DNA of 64,000 nucleotides from Minutocellus sp. GHC0000111 (lineage: Eukaryota): the NCBI GenBank assembly GCA_977018835.1, contig OZ361258.1, forward strand, positions 1,612,001 through 1,676,000. Reading direction: 5' to 3'. A model generated the notes under the pieces. The model ran no database searches, was not told where the DNA came from, and saw only the letters and a program-made list of their open reading frames with translations. The stretch's first letter is position 1, and each line of letters opens with the position of its first letter. The translations under genes were made by a program, and so were the position numbers. This document shows positions 35,081 through 47,870 of this stretch, one piece after another.

Positions 35081-37165
35081 ATGAAGCTCCTTTGCTCTGT
35101 TGCCCTCGTCATCGGCGTAGCGGCCAAGAACGATGACACTGCAATTCAGCCATCCGTCCGTGGCGGCCTCGTCTCTGGTGCCGGCCGAAGCGAAGCCATC
35201 GACACGACATCAATAGCAGCACCGGATGCGACCGCCATAAATGACCCAACAACACGTCAACTCCAGGGCCCAACGTATTGCTCCTGCTCGGCATGCGACC
35301 AGTCCATTTGGGACACATATGCCGGCGCACATCAATGCGGGGCGCGAATTGAGTGGAAGAGTTCTCAATGGGGAGGAAATCTAAGTCATGAAGATGGTGA
35401 GTGATTATTTAGTGTTGGATGACGACAAAGTAGAAATCAGGGCTATATGTACCAATGGTAAGCGAGAAAGAAGTATATTTGTGCTTGCATCTCATCTCTC
35501 CACGACTTTGTCTTCCTTTGTTCTACAATCTCAGCTTGTCGATTCGTCTCCAATGAGTTCCCAACGATATGTGGACCGGCATGCCATCCAGACCTTTGTG
35601 AAGCAACTGACCCACCCACACCTGCGCCAGTCGTCCAGCAACCCAAATGTGGTTGCGAAAGCTGCACAGCTGAGGTTTGGTCTCATCCTGCTGGTGGCTC
35701 TTATCCTTGTGGCGACAGAATTGAGTACAAGATGAGCGAATGGGGTGGCAACCTATCTGAAGAGGACGCCTGTCGATTCGTTTCGAACGAATATTCCAAC
35801 AACGAGTGCGGTCCTTTCTGCAATCCGGATCTATGCAATCTCACCCCAGAGCCGTCTCCAACCCCCACGACGGCCGAGCCAACTTTTACTCCCACCAAGC
35901 TGCCAACATACAATCCAACGCCGGCTCCCATCACAGCTGACCCAACTTCGTCGCCGGTTGTTCCTGAACCCAAATATTGTGGCTGTCATGATTGTACAGA
36001 TACTGTTTGGTCGACTCTGGCTGGTGCTTACCCATGCGGAGACAGGATTGAATACATGAAATCACAATGGAGTGGAAGTCTACCCGAAGAGGAAGCATGT
36101 GCGTTTGTCAGCGCCGAATTCCCATCGATATGTGGGCCATACTGCGATCCGTCCACATGTGACGGCAGATGCCCTCTCTATGCAGAGCCTTATGCAGCAC
36201 CGGCCGATACCCCAAGCACTACATCTCTGAAGATTCAAGACCCACTTTACTGCTTTCCCGAGTACAATCAACGAAAGAGATATGCCAACACCTTTGGCGG
36301 AACCTACGTTATCGAGGCCAAGGACGGCCAGGGAGGACCTTGCGGTCCTGGAGACAATGCCTTTACCTCCGATACAGTGTCTTACGATGCCACGACGCAA
36401 GAGCTAAGTCTTGAATATAAAAAGATTGGCTCAGTCTGGAAGGCTTCGGAGGTCCGTCTTCTCAAGTCCGAGACTGACCCCACTTTTTCCTACGGCACCT
36501 TCACTTTCTCAATCAAGTCAGTCTCAGTCTACGACGAGTCCAATAACATAGTGTCGTCTGCGCTCCCAAGCGATTTGGTCTTGGGTCTATTTTCATGGAG
36601 CCCCACGGAGGACTACGCTTCCCACGAAAATTGGAATCATGAAGTCGATGTTGAGATCTCTCAGTGGGGCGATCCATCGCAGAACAAGGACGTGCAATTC
36701 CTAATCCAGCCTCACCATCCCGGCGGACCTCACTTCCCCGACCGCCTGTCCAGTGGTGGCGAAAGCGCCTCAAGCAGCGTAGACTTCGACCAAGGGGGCC
36801 ACACCTACTGTTTTACCTGGGAACCCAACGAGATCTCTTGGTATACCACCGCCGGTGGAGGTCAGAGCCGAGTGTACTCCACACAAATTGCCAAGGATGC
36901 TTGCACCGACGACTACATCCAGTGCCTACCTGCCAACGTCGAGATTCGTTTGAATTTGTGGGATGTGAACGGGTCTAGCGATTCGTTTGCCCCCTCTGTT
37001 GCAGGCCTTGCCGATGGAACGAGAGTAGAAGTTGTCATTGATGGCTTTGACTTTACACCCTCTTCGACGGACCATGTTCCCGACGGAGAAAGCTGCACGA
37101 AGCACTGCCAATGCGGTCCCAATTCCATCTGTGGAACGAGCGCCACCTGTGAGCCTTCTGTCTGA
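35081..37165 (+). CDS. Secreted protein with three Cys-rich repeats and a GH16-like domain; intron 35397-35534
   Basis: Signal peptide; GTGAGT..CTCAG intron restores the frame; three 'C.C..C...W...AG...CG.RIE....W...L....AC..VS.E....CG..C.P..C' units; 'YGTFTF', 'VLGLFSW' and catalytic-type 'EVDVE'. Confidence 0.85.
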
Positions 37166-37194
37166 GCCGACCATTTACATGATGTACTTGTACA

Positions 37195-38692
37195 GAGTGA
37201 TTTCACGAGAGAGCAGACACCCCCTCCGCGATGTTTCGTAAACATTGTACCAACTTCCTTTTATTGATGATCCTTACTCAGAAGGGTATTGTAGACCATA
37301 ATCAACAATAAAAGGAAGTTGGTACAATGATCTTGGTGCTCTTTTAGCACATGATATAGATACGGTATTAGAGTGTTTCTTTTGGTACACTATTGTTTGA
37401 AAATATATTTTTATGTCGTAGAATACACTTGTGCTGTTTCAAGAAAGAAAAAATACATCAAACTTTATAACGAAACAAAACCCATTTCGTTCAACGAATG
37501 GGGCCACAACATGTGTCGCCGACGTGCCTCCCATTGAGAACAATCAAGACTACGGGGCACCATACCCTTGTAATAGCCTTTCACAACACTGTGGTGCAGC
37601 AGGAGACTTGCAATTACTTTTTTGAGCCTTGAAAAATTCGTTCGCGTTAGACCCGATTTTTTCGACAGTTTCCGACGTTCCATCACGACCATGTTCGCCC
37701 GATGTACAGCACCACCCCGGCCATCGCATACACTCTGACCACCTAGATGCCTTCCTGAATATTACTGGAAGGGATTTTTGGGCGATAGCGGTGCGTCGGT
37801 GCGTGCCTGTACCGCGAAATGTGGCCCAGCGCCATTACCACCCCCATTACACCACCCATCCGAAAGTTGGTCCGGATGCTTTTATGCGGTCCATGCACCA
37901 CTTCCGTTGCACTGAGCCGTCGACGCTTCACCCATATATATACCAAGCGCATTTGAGTGGGGGGTGGTGGCATTTCTTGACAATTCATAGAGAAAACTAT
38001 TCCCAAAGTCCCGTGTCTGATGTCGGCACCAGATTTCACCTTCATTGCTTCTGCCGCCCGAGAGGAACGAAACCGGAGAAAGCGGCCAAACCAACACGTG
38101 AGATCGATGGATGTAATATAGAATGAGCATCGTGCGTGCTGATATTGCGTGAAGGAACAGTGGTTGAGGCTTGAAGGGGGTTGTAGTTGGGGATTTGCTA
38201 CTTTCAGATGTTTTTGCTTTCCATGGTGACGGCCACAATGATACAAAGATGGGGCCCAATATCGACCCTCTGGCGCAAACTTGCTCCCAATATTACCCAA
38301 GTGAAAGTAATGCCGGTCAGGGAGGATTGAAATGGATGTAGACAAGCATCAGCCATCATTCTTTGCCATTTTGAGGGTAAAAAATATTGAAAATTTCTGG
38401 GCATGAGGAGATGTTGCTAAAATAGCACATGATGTACGAATGAGTTTGCTTTCAAGTATGCAATACTCACCTAACGCATGTAGTTGGCGTATACATCGGT
38501 TGGCTTGGAGTTATTTATCGTTATACCATCATTTGGTGGCCTTCTTGTGGAGATGAATTCTCCTTGCTTTCGCCGTGTTGAGAGAGGCCATTTAGTGGGT
38601 TCATTTTTGCGCTGCATAAAGTATCGCACAAAAAAATTTCCTAGTGCCTTACTATTTACGGCGATTTTGTCGGCGGTCTCGTGGAATCACTC
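37195..38692. mobile_element. Non-autonomous TIR element with GAG..CTC ends and 4-bp TSD (Sola2-like)
   Basis: Left end GAGTGATTTCACGAGAGAGCAGACA versus reverse complement of right end GAGTGATTCCACGAGACCGCCGACA (21/25 identical); TACA at 37191-37194 and 38693-38696; interior has no recognisable protein. Confidence 0.65.
37243..37329. repeat. 24-bp perfect inverted repeat (hairpin) inside the Sola2-like element
   Basis: CATTGTACCAACTTCCTTTTATTG (37243-37266) pairs with 37306-37329. Confidence 0.8.
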
Positions 38693-39125
38693 TACATGTA
38701 GTTAGACACGTACATGTAGATCTATATCTACATGTACTCCTCCTCATGACTGGAAGTTTCGATCGATGACCACACTGACTGTACATGTAGATCTACCACC
38801 AACAACCAAAAAAAAGAAAGCAAGCGGCCATGCGGCCGCCAATAAATCAGAGCAGAGCTCTAGGCCTACTAGCTAGAGAGCGAGCAGAGCTCTAGAGAAA
38901 AGCTTTGTGACACGTCATTGTGACGTTGTGACATTTTTACTTGTGCGTGCTCGGCCGTGTCCTTTTTTCCTGTCTTCGGCCGGTGCTGTCGCAAGTTGGC
39001 ATTGGCCTTATTTCAAGTCGTAGAATGCAAATAGGGCCTTCGCCGTGGATCGCTCTGGAACATCGGTAGTAAAATCAGCCACCTAGTCCCCGCCAAAGGA
39101 AATCTGTTTTCAGTGCATTCTTTTG

Positions 39126-40151
39126 ATGAGGAAAGCAGATAGATTATTCTGGTCGAAAAGCCAAAATCGTAATGAAGAGGAAACATTCGTCAGCCACCAC
39201 AATGTGGAAGCAACGACAGAGCATGAAAATGAACAAATCAGTTCGATTTGCCGATACCAAGCTCTCGATCGAAGAGCTTGTGCCGTCCAGTATTCCCCCC
39301 CTGTCCTGTCTGTTATTCCTAACGAGGAAAAAGTGAACGTCTGGTATTCCATAGACGATGTCAATCAATTCAAACTCTCGGCGCGCATTCTGGCTCTGCG
39401 TGTTCGCCAAAGTGATCGGCAGCGTGCCATGGACGAGGACGAGATCAATTCCACGACGTGTGAACGTCGTCGATCGAGCCTCCAAAGCGTGTATGATCGC
39501 AACATGGACAAAGCATCACAAGGCGTACAAAGCTCCTGCCTCAATATGGACACCGAGGAGGTCAGGAATCTCTGGGACAGCACTACGGCTGAGGTTGACG
39601 ACTTTGAAACTCATGGCATTGTTCCTCGAGGACTTGAGCTGCAGATCAGCTTTGCACGACAACGACGACAGAAGGTTGGTGTCCTCAAGCTACTTGAATA
39701 CCAGAACAAATTTAAAGCTGCTATCGCCGACGACAGCGGTAGCGATAATGAAGGACCTCAGCAAAACGGCATCCCAGAGGGATACACTCTTTCTGATGTG
39801 CTTTCCAGCGCCCTTCGCCGAGAAAGCCGCTGGTCATGTGACAAAGCACAGATCACTGGAAGGGACGACTTCACAGCCGCTTACGAAGAGCTCCCCCCAG
39901 CCTTCAATTCCGTAGGACTGGATAGGCAGCTTCTCTCATCCTCGACATCGCCGGTCGGGGCATCAACAACAGCGCCACAAAGTACTGCTTGTACGCATGC
40001 ATGTGTTCCACTGGAAACCATCGACGAAGATATTCCAAAACATCAAACTCAGCACAAACACGTACACAAGGCCAAGAAGAATAAGAGGCATCAAAGAAGT
40101 AGGTCGCTGTACGACACTGTTGCCATTGTCAGTGATGACAACGAATGGTGA
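39126..40151 (+). CDS. Diatom 'RGLE'-motif family protein
   Basis: AVQY..VWYSIDDVNQFK..RGLELQISFARQRR..LLEYQ..SRWS..GRDDFTAAYE. Confidence 0.8.
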   Translation: MRKADRLFWSKSQNRNEEETFVSHHNVEATTEHENEQISSICRYQALDRRACAVQYSPPVLSVIPNEEKVNVWYSIDDVNQFKLSARILALRVRQSDRQRAMDEDEINSTTCERRRSSLQSVYDRNMDKASQGVQSSCLNMDTEEVRNLWDSTTAEVDDFETHGIVPRGLELQISFARQRRQKVGVLKLLEYQNKFKAAIADDSGSDNEGPQQNGIPEGYTLSDVLSSALRRESRWSCDKAQITGRDDFTAAYEELPPAFNSVGLDRQLLSSSTSPVGASTTAPQSTACTHACVPLETIDEDIPKHQTQHKHVHKAKKNKRHQRSRSLYDTVAIVSDDNEW

Positions 40152-40422
40152 AGATTGACCACCGGTAGTAGATCTTCTAGAGTAGATCTAGCTAGAGTCC
40201 AGAAGATGAGTTGACCTTTTTCTGTACTTTCCTTTCACCTCTGCTCTCCCGATCGAGCGGCAACACTTTCCACTGAATAAAGATCCTAAAATATTCATGA
40301 ATTAGAACTGAATTGTTGTACCGGTAGAATACATGCCTAGGTACTGCTCTTTTGCCACGTTGCTAAAAGTACATGTCCTACCAGTAGGTTCCTAGCTCCG
40401 TAGCTAGTACCGGCACTGTAGG

Positions 40423-40950
40423 GGAGGCGTCATACCGCTCGCCATCGGGGCATACGGTGAAACAAACGAAGACTTTCAAGAGGTCCAAAAAGTCTGTGCT
40501 CGCATGGCGGTAGCTCGGGGTGACGCAGTATATAACTCGCCGATTTTTGAGACCGAGGTAAAGGGTGGAGCACATTCTGTCACCCTTTACCTCTATCGTC
40601 GCGCGATTGCCGGTACCATTGCCCGCGGTCTCTCTCTGCACAAGAGATCACGACTGCATTTCGTTCGAGGCTCGAGAGGAGAGGCAGCTAGGGTCGCGGA
40701 GGAGGCAAAGAATCATTTTGAGACTGGCAGATGCTCTGATAGTGATGGATTCTCGGCTCGTCATTCGAGGTGAGAATACATGTACGAGTAGATCTATGGT
40801 TACTACGAACAGTTTCGAGGCTTTAGGAGTGGACCTGAACAGCGCTATGATTAACTATCTGCGGCCTGGCTCTGATTGCTTTTACTTTCTCCACTTCTCA
40901 TCACCTGATTATGTCGATCCTATAAACGCCTATGTAGAAATTGTTATGTA
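40423..40950 (+). mobile_element. 5'-truncated non-LTR retrotransposon 3' fragment (end of a restriction-like endonuclease ORF)
   Basis: Frame of 40504 reads 'GGVIPLAIGAYGETNEDF..ARMA..SP...EVKGGA..YRRAI...IARG...KRSRLHFVRG', the pattern I recognise from C-termini of RLE-type LINE ORFs; no upstream RT; stops downstream. Ends approximate. Confidence 0.55.
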
Positions 40951-41141
40951 GTAGATCTAGTCTACCGGTACATGTAGAAGAGGTATCGGTACTCCACCGA
41001 AACGGGACTGGAGACACTCGAGTCGAGTCCTGTTTGCCAAAGCGGATGGCATGGATGCGAAGCCTTCGAAGTTCCAAAGAGCCGAGGGGTCAAAGGAAGG
41101 AGACACAAACCGAATACGAGCCTCGTAAACTTCATAATACC

Positions 41142-41666
41142 ATGATAACCACCGCATCGACAACAACTCTAGCCGTTCTTGTTATATTTTTCTTTCTGAT
41201 CGCGTCAGCCCTCGTGGCCAGTAGCAATGGCGGCGAGAGGGGCGACCAGCATCTTCGAGCTGAGAATCATGCGGCCATCACCTCAGCAACTACAAATCGT
41301 GCAGGGAGACCACGGCTTTTACGAGCAGATGGCCAGCGCAATCTATTCGCCGAGAGTAGTCCTGATATTGATCCTCGGACAGGCCGGCCAAGGCTCCTGC
41401 GCACTAATGGACAGCGCCACCTACTGCTCGCGAGAGGAAACATGCACGAGTCGACGACGACGAGGAGGAGGAGACTGCAGGATCAAGCGGGCGAGGAGGA
41501 AAAGAGCACACTCGACTCTCTCAAGGACACATACGACGAAGTTATGGCAATCGACGAGACCCCTCCAGAGGAATGGACGAGCGCCCAGAAATGGGGCGTA
41601 GCGATAGGTGTCCTTGCTGCTTTTATCATCGTCTCGTGCATCTGGCGGTGCTTATGCTGCAAATAA
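41142..41666 (+). CDS. Small type I membrane protein with RRLQ motif and Cys-rich tail
   Basis: Signal peptide; duplicated 'GRPRLLR..GQR.L'; TM 'GVAIGVLAAFIIVSCIW'; ends RCLCCK. Confidence 0.75.
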   Translation: MITTASTTTLAVLVIFFFLIASALVASSNGGERGDQHLRAENHAAITSATTNRAGRPRLLRADGQRNLFAESSPDIDPRTGRPRLLRTNGQRHLLLARGNMHESTTTRRRRLQDQAGEEEKSTLDSLKDTYDEVMAIDETPPEEWTSAQKWGVAIGVLAAFIIVSCIWRCLCCK

Positions 41667-42084
41667 AAGAACAAACGGAGATCTTGCCAAAGGGAAAATG
41701 TAAATGGAGCATTCGACGGCGCTCATTGAGTCTTATTGCAAACTAGGAAGTAAACACATTGAGAATGACGTTTCTGAACAAGAATATGTGCTTAGTCCAC
41801 AGGAAAGTAGAGATTTAACAACATCGCAGTATTTGTCTTGCCTCGCGAATACCGGTATTATATCACTCTCTGTGATTCTATAAACTACATACAATCATCC
41901 GACATAGCGGTGGAGTTTAAATATTTAAAGATGCTGTATATACAATGCCTGTTGAAACATGTGGTATTTTGTGGTGGTAGCTCTAGCGTGGGAGATTGTG
42001 AAAGCGATATCAAATGACTGCCATAAGTCGACTCGATGAATCGAAACTTTGTACAATTGACGGACAAGTCATCTTCTCTGCCAA

Positions 42085-42537
42085 TCATACTTCATTGGCT
42101 GGAGAGTCAACACCTGGTCGCATGCAGTCTCTGTCCTCTGCATCGCTTTCGAAGCTGCATTGGGTGCGGTATCCTGCCGTGGCAGCAAGATCGTCGTCCT
42201 CGAAAATGTTCTCGAGGCCCATCGTCGTACTGGTCGTCTCGGCAAGAGTGAGTGGTGACGAAGACCAACCCGTTAGACTGCACACGCCCGAGGCTGCTGT
42301 CGCATGAACAGCTTCCTCGATCCAAGACATGGCTGGCGCTGGACCCATTATCTGCTCATAGTCGTCCAAAGAACGGGCATTGCCATTGGCAGTTTCTTCG
42401 AATTCGGTACTGGAGAAAGGGCGTCCTGGAGAGGAACTTATGACGACCGCAGGTTGCACCGTTTTTCGTGCCACTTTTGTCGCAGTTCGCTGGAGCAATG
42501 GTCGAAGGGATGTCGAGGAAATCAACCGATTGATCAT
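42085..42537 (-). CDS. Small unknown protein with mitochondrial-type presequence
   Basis: 'MINRLISSTSLRPLLQRTATKVARK..RPFSS' followed by an acidic region. Confidence 0.55.
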   Translation of the reverse strand: MINRLISSTSLRPLLQRTATKVARKTVQPAVVISSSPGRPFSSTEFEETANGNARSLDDYEQIMGPAPAMSWIEEAVHATAASGVCSLTGWSSSPLTLAETTSTTMGLENIFEDDDLAATAGYRTQCSFESDAEDRDCMRPGVDSPANEV

Positions 42538-42898
42538 TGTTTTTGCGCCGGTGGGGGGAAAGATATGTTGTGGTAATAACAATGAGAATGTAGCGGTAAA
42601 GAATGAGGCATCACGAGGATTGACACCAGATGGGCTCGGCCGGCTCTCAAATCTCGCCGACGTGTGGCGCGAGAGGCCACCTGTTTCGGAGCCTCATTTC
42701 GAAAGTCATTTGACATGGAATGGCTCACTCGACTGAAGTTTGAGTGGTGCTGAAAAGGCTAAAAAATCTGCGCTCGGATTGCGAGCTGGAGGACCGGATT
42801 GCTCGGACGCCATCGGTGCTGCCAATGAGCCATGCCTGCCTCACAGATACCAACTGGTACATAAACATAAATACATGTGCACCTAATATTTATGCAAT

Positions 42899-45411
42899 CT
42901 AAGTCACAACAAAACTGCACCGTGTGGCTGTTTCATCGGCACCACCGTTCGACCCCGCGGTGGCGTGAGAGTGACCACCACCATCACCGCTGATTCCACA
43001 TTCAATGCAGCCATCGTGACCCGAGAAGCGAGTTCGGCCGTCATTATAGAGCTCGTCCATCGAGTCAGCTCGCACCGCGGCTCTTGGTAGAAGGTTGTGA
43101 GGATTACTTGCTAAATCCTCAATAATCTTTTCACATTCAATTTCACTGTAGACCTTCCTCAAAGCAGTGTGGAGGACTTCTTGGAGCAGCTTCTCCTTCT
43201 CTTCTGGCACGACCATGCCCTTGCTACTTCCTTCTTCCAGTTGATGATCGCCCTCAATGAAACTGGTGTCGCCGTCGGTCTTTTTGTAGTCGCGAATGAA
43301 GAAGGGGCACAGATAGTCTTGGTCTAGTTTCTTCAGGAATGGGTACTTCGACGTTTTGCATGTAGCCTCACGAAATTCTTGTTCGTCAACCCCAGTCTCG
43401 ATGCCAAGCAAGGAAAGGACCAAGTCTGAAGAACATCCAAAGACAAATACAGTGATCAATACTATGGCCATGGTGACCTATTCGTAGGCAACAATGAATA
43501 GAGCAAAACGCCGAAAATCGGGGAGAAATATATCAATGCGGGTAAGTTTGGAGTCGTATCAATGGTATACATGTACAAACCACGTGTAAGTTCGCAAAAC
43601 TCACCTCGACGAACTCTTCTCGATTGCCGTTCGTATCTGGAAACGTCTTGGCGCAAGCATAAGCAATCGCGCCTCTAAGGCCCGACCACCATAACATAGC
43701 CGCAGTCTTCCAATCGACCCACTGGTCGGCATATTTTGAGACCATGTCGCTCATCGCGGCATAGTAAGATTCCACGCCCTCTGCATCTTGACAATTGCTA
43801 AGGTCGAAACAACCGCAGAGACGTCGACAATCAAATTTCTCACGAATTTTCAATCTGAGATTGATGAGAAAGGTGACTGGAAAAATACTACATGCTCTGC
43901 CGATGAGGCATGCGAGAAAAGTCCATGCAGTAAAACGCCACGGAAATACTCCTCGTTGAAGGAACTGAAGACCAAACAGCGAGAGGCCGACTTGCAGGAA
44001 GATGACAGCTTCGCAAACGTGCGAGACCACGCGAAAGAGTAGCTTCGAACTTTCGTCGGACTCAACAGATAGATTCTTGGAGGCATAGTGACGGGCGCTC
44101 ATCCCGGTGAAAAGGATGGTGACGATTGCGCTGAGGCCAATAGCTTCTGCTACAAAGAAGGGCCAATACATGACAAGGAGGTAAAATGATAACTCCAGCA
44201 TTCGGTGTTTGCGTATATCGGTGATTTTCAGGATGAAAGCAGAGAACATACCACTCGCAAAGCCGAGCAGATATGAACCAATGAACTTGAGCATAAATTC
44301 TCCCAGTAGCTCCATCACGACGCTTCCCTCGCCCTCGTGACCACCAATGCGGACCATGTGGACGAACGCATCGAACAAAACAATACACACACCATCGTTA
44401 AGCACGCTCTCCCCAAATACTTTGATAAAAAAGAGAGAAGAAAATTGACCGTTAGGGATCGATATGGATGTCTCTTTAAATGTGTAAAATATATTATAAG
44501 GCTGTGAAGGTCCATTCGTACTTTTTTTGGAATCTCGGCCAGCAGCAGTACGATTTTTGGGAAATTCCTCCTACGCGTAATCACAACAAAAGCCTCACCT
44601 AGATAGAAGACATGGCAATCTACTTTCTTTTCGCGGAAAACAGCGAGCTGGAACATATTTTTGAGAGGCGTGTTGAGATATGTATAGATAGGTTAGATCG
44701 GTCAGATGATCGGTTAGATGATCCAATATATACATGATCCCGCCAAATGCAAAAAAATCATCTCGTGCAAAACACAACTCTTACCGTCGATACTGGATCA
44801 GTTGATGTGATGAGACTCGCAAACGCCAATAATTCCCATGTCGTCGGCTTGAAATCGCCCGTAAATCCAGCAGCGACCACGGCGTAGAGAATCCCGGCGA
44901 TGGCACAAATCGAAGCCGCTGTCCCAAGCAGCGAGTACAGCAAGATGGCATCAAAGTATCTAACCCATAGCCTACCGTTTACGTGGTAGCCAGAATTGAA
45001 AATGATGGGAGGCAATAGGATACTGAAGAAGAAGTTGGGACCAAAATAGAGCAGCCCAGTCGCTGCATTCTGTTCGTCCAGCTCGGGATCCGAGGCATTG
45101 TCAAGTACGTCGGGCGAGAGCAGGTAGATGAAGCAAGATCCAACGGCGCCGACCATAATGAGGATGGCCGCCTCAGGGAGCCACTGCTTTTTGTGAAGTG
45201 CATTTGATAGGATGATTGATAGGGCAAGAAGAAGGAAGAAGACGACGAAGTATGACGACATCTCTTTTGGGGTAGCGTCCATGTCATATGTAGTTCCTGA
45301 TCTGCTGCCCCCGGATGACGTTTCGTAGAGATTGTTGGCAGAGCCATAAAGGTTGTTGTCACCATCGGCGGCATCCACTGCATCTTCGAGCTGTCGACTG
45401 CTGCTCATCAT
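42899..45411 (-). CDS. Na+/H+ exchanger (CPA1, NHX/NHE8-like); exons 45411-44785, 44647-44599, 44419-43605, 43477-42899
   Basis: 'FFSILLPPIIFNSGY', 'STDPVST|LAVF', 'YLV|FGESVLND', 'WWSGLRGAIAYA'; three GT-AG introns splice in frame. Confidence 0.9.
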
Positions 45412-45802
45412 TGTGCCTTTAGGTAGGTCTGCTACGACTGTTTCGTCGCTTCTTTCTTTGGTGTTTTGATCCTTGAATTGAAGAATAATTGGCCAACGGA
45501 TCAACGGATGCGAAAAATTATGTTTGTGCCAATGAGATCGGTTGCATATTCATTTCACGGAGATTCGTCGATCCGCGCACTCGAACATGGCTGAAGTTCA
45601 CTACATCCTCGGTAATGAGGTGGCCTCGTCGGAGAAGTTCTTTCGGGAGCTTTTTCCTCCTTTTTCGCGAAGATGACGTGATGACTGCCGGATGACTTCA
45701 CAGCCATCTCCTCTCACCAAATGCCTTGATGCCACAACTATTATTAGCAAAGTTGACGCTGCATCCACGTTGTATCATTAGCGGCGACTAGCTACTAATA
45801 GA

Positions 45803-46561
45803 ATGCCGTCCACTATTGTCGTATCTGCAGACCAACCTCGAAAAGACAGGGAGGTCCTGTTGCTTCGCGCTGGTGCCAGAAAGGACAACAAGCATCTCAG
45901 GCCCGAGCAGTCAGTTGTTGACACTCGAGACCAACCCTTGCTTCTTGCCAACGATGATAGCCACAACAATGCCGCTGTAGAACGGCAACAAAAACGCCTG
46001 GAGCACGAGAGGCAACTACACGAGGCCTATCAAGAGAGCTTACGCCCGTCGAACGTCAGGCTCCTTCGAAAAACTTGAGTCCTTTCTCACAACAGCAACC
46101 TGCACAATCCTCGACAGGTCAATCCTTACACGGCCGACTATGAGTACGCCGATTCCACGATTACGGAAGAAAACATAAGGCCCAACACATTTCAGGTTTT
46201 TCGAAGCGTGGCAGAGAGGAGAGAATATGAGAGCGGGACTGCTACTACGGCAGGTGGTGCCGCTGCCCTGTCCGCTGCCACCATTGGCATCGTTGTGGTA
46301 GCTCTCCTCCTCCTCCTGTCAAGGAGAGTTCACTTCTCCTCACGATACTGCAGATGCAACAATTGCGATCATCAAAGATCTAGTGTTGCCGATTTGTTGG
46401 CACCAAATGATGGCTGTGAATCATCGTCTACGCCAACAGGAGGAGTTGAAGCCGCCCGTCATACTGGTAACATGTGCTGGATAGATAAGCTTCGTCTTTA
46501 TATTTTTCTTCTCTGGGCTCGTTTCTCCTTTGAGTGGGGCACATTTGGTGAACATAGATAG
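45803..46561 (+). pseudogene. Degenerate single-TM protein gene with in-frame TGA at 46076
   Basis: ORFs 45803..46078 and 46208..46561 share a frame; TM 'IGIVVVALLLLL'; no clear 5' end. Confidence 0.3.
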
Positions 46562-47112
46562 AGCGCATCCCGATGAAATAATGCGCGGATATTAGATTCA
46601 CCGTATTATTTCACGCATTTTAATATTATACAGAGAGTAGTCACATAGATCAATATATAGAGATGTATAGACCTCTCTCTAGCTAGCTAGCTATATACAT
46701 ATGTACCGGTACGTAGATCTAGATCTAGTCGACTTACTTTCGATGCTAAAATACACACATGTAGATTATGTCGATCTGATAAACGTTTATGTAGAACATT
46801 GCCGTACCGTACATGTACATGTGCATGTAGGAATTTGAGTCGCACCGGTAGCCACAAGGCTCGCGTACATGTGTACATGCACCGAAACATACGCACAACA
46901 ACACATGTGATGCGTCCACTGATAGATTGGTTCAGGGTCGCTCGATCGTAGAAAAATGTGCATGTGAATGAAAGCTGAATTGATTATCCTTCTTCTACAT
47001 GTGCTGGTGAATTGCCTTGACTCTATTGATATTACCCTCAAGATAGATAGATGACAATCTGATAAACGTTTACGTAGATTCTACTTATACATGTGCTGGT
47101 GTACTGTATGTA

Positions 47113-47870
47113 TATATGTTAGTCCCAAAATGCGCACTGTCCCAGTTCGCGAACTGGGATCCCAGTTTGCGAACTGAGATTCATTTATCCCAGTTTGCGC
47201 ACTGGGCCCCAAATCCCAAACCAGGATCTCAGTTTGCGCACTGATACTACCAGAATGGAAACTGAGATAAACACGCCAATCCGAATTTGGGAACCAGACG
47301 AGTTCGCGAACTGGAACAAAAATGAATACCAGTTTGGAAACTGGCATTCTCGGCAAGTGTCAGAATGGTAACTGCCGGTGTTGGCTCATGCACAATGATT
47401 ATGTACTGGTAGATCTATCTACAATACAAGTTGCACTGTGCATCATATCTTGAATTTGCAAGCTACATGTACTGGTACAGTAGCAACATGATGCCGGCAT
47501 AGCACAGATGCATGTACAGTTCATGACTTATATTTGCCAGAAGCAGCTAGCTAGATATTATTATTTATTCACTATATGTATTTAGTATCAGCTAATGCCA
47601 ATTTATTGAGTATCAGCTCCGGCACTAATGTCGTCTGGACGTCTGGACCAGGTTTGGGCTGTGTTGCTTCACTATGAAAAAATGAAGCGAGGAGAAGCAA
47701 AGGCGATATCATCCATGCTAAATATTCATTATTTCTCGATTGATCCCAGTTTGAAAACTGAGATTGTGCCTATGATCCCAGTTTCCAAACTGGGATAAAT
47801 AAATCCTAGTTCGCAAACTGGGATCCCAGTTCGCGAACTGGGACAGTGCGCATTTTGGGACTAACATATA
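47113..47870. mobile_element. Non-autonomous TIR element (MITE) in a TA run, with subterminal palindromic repeats
   Basis: 47111-47175 is the exact reverse complement of 47808-47872 (TATATATGTTAGTCCCAAAATGCGCACTGTCCCAGTTCGCGAACTGGG..); repeated CCAGTTnnnnAACTGG-like units at both ends. Confidence 0.9.

Noticed and set aside
47140..47345. CRISPR-like array of palindromic repeats with spacers
   Set aside because: Units are degenerate with irregular short spacers, lie inside a TIR element mirrored at 47744-47872, the context is eukaryotic and no cas genes are present.
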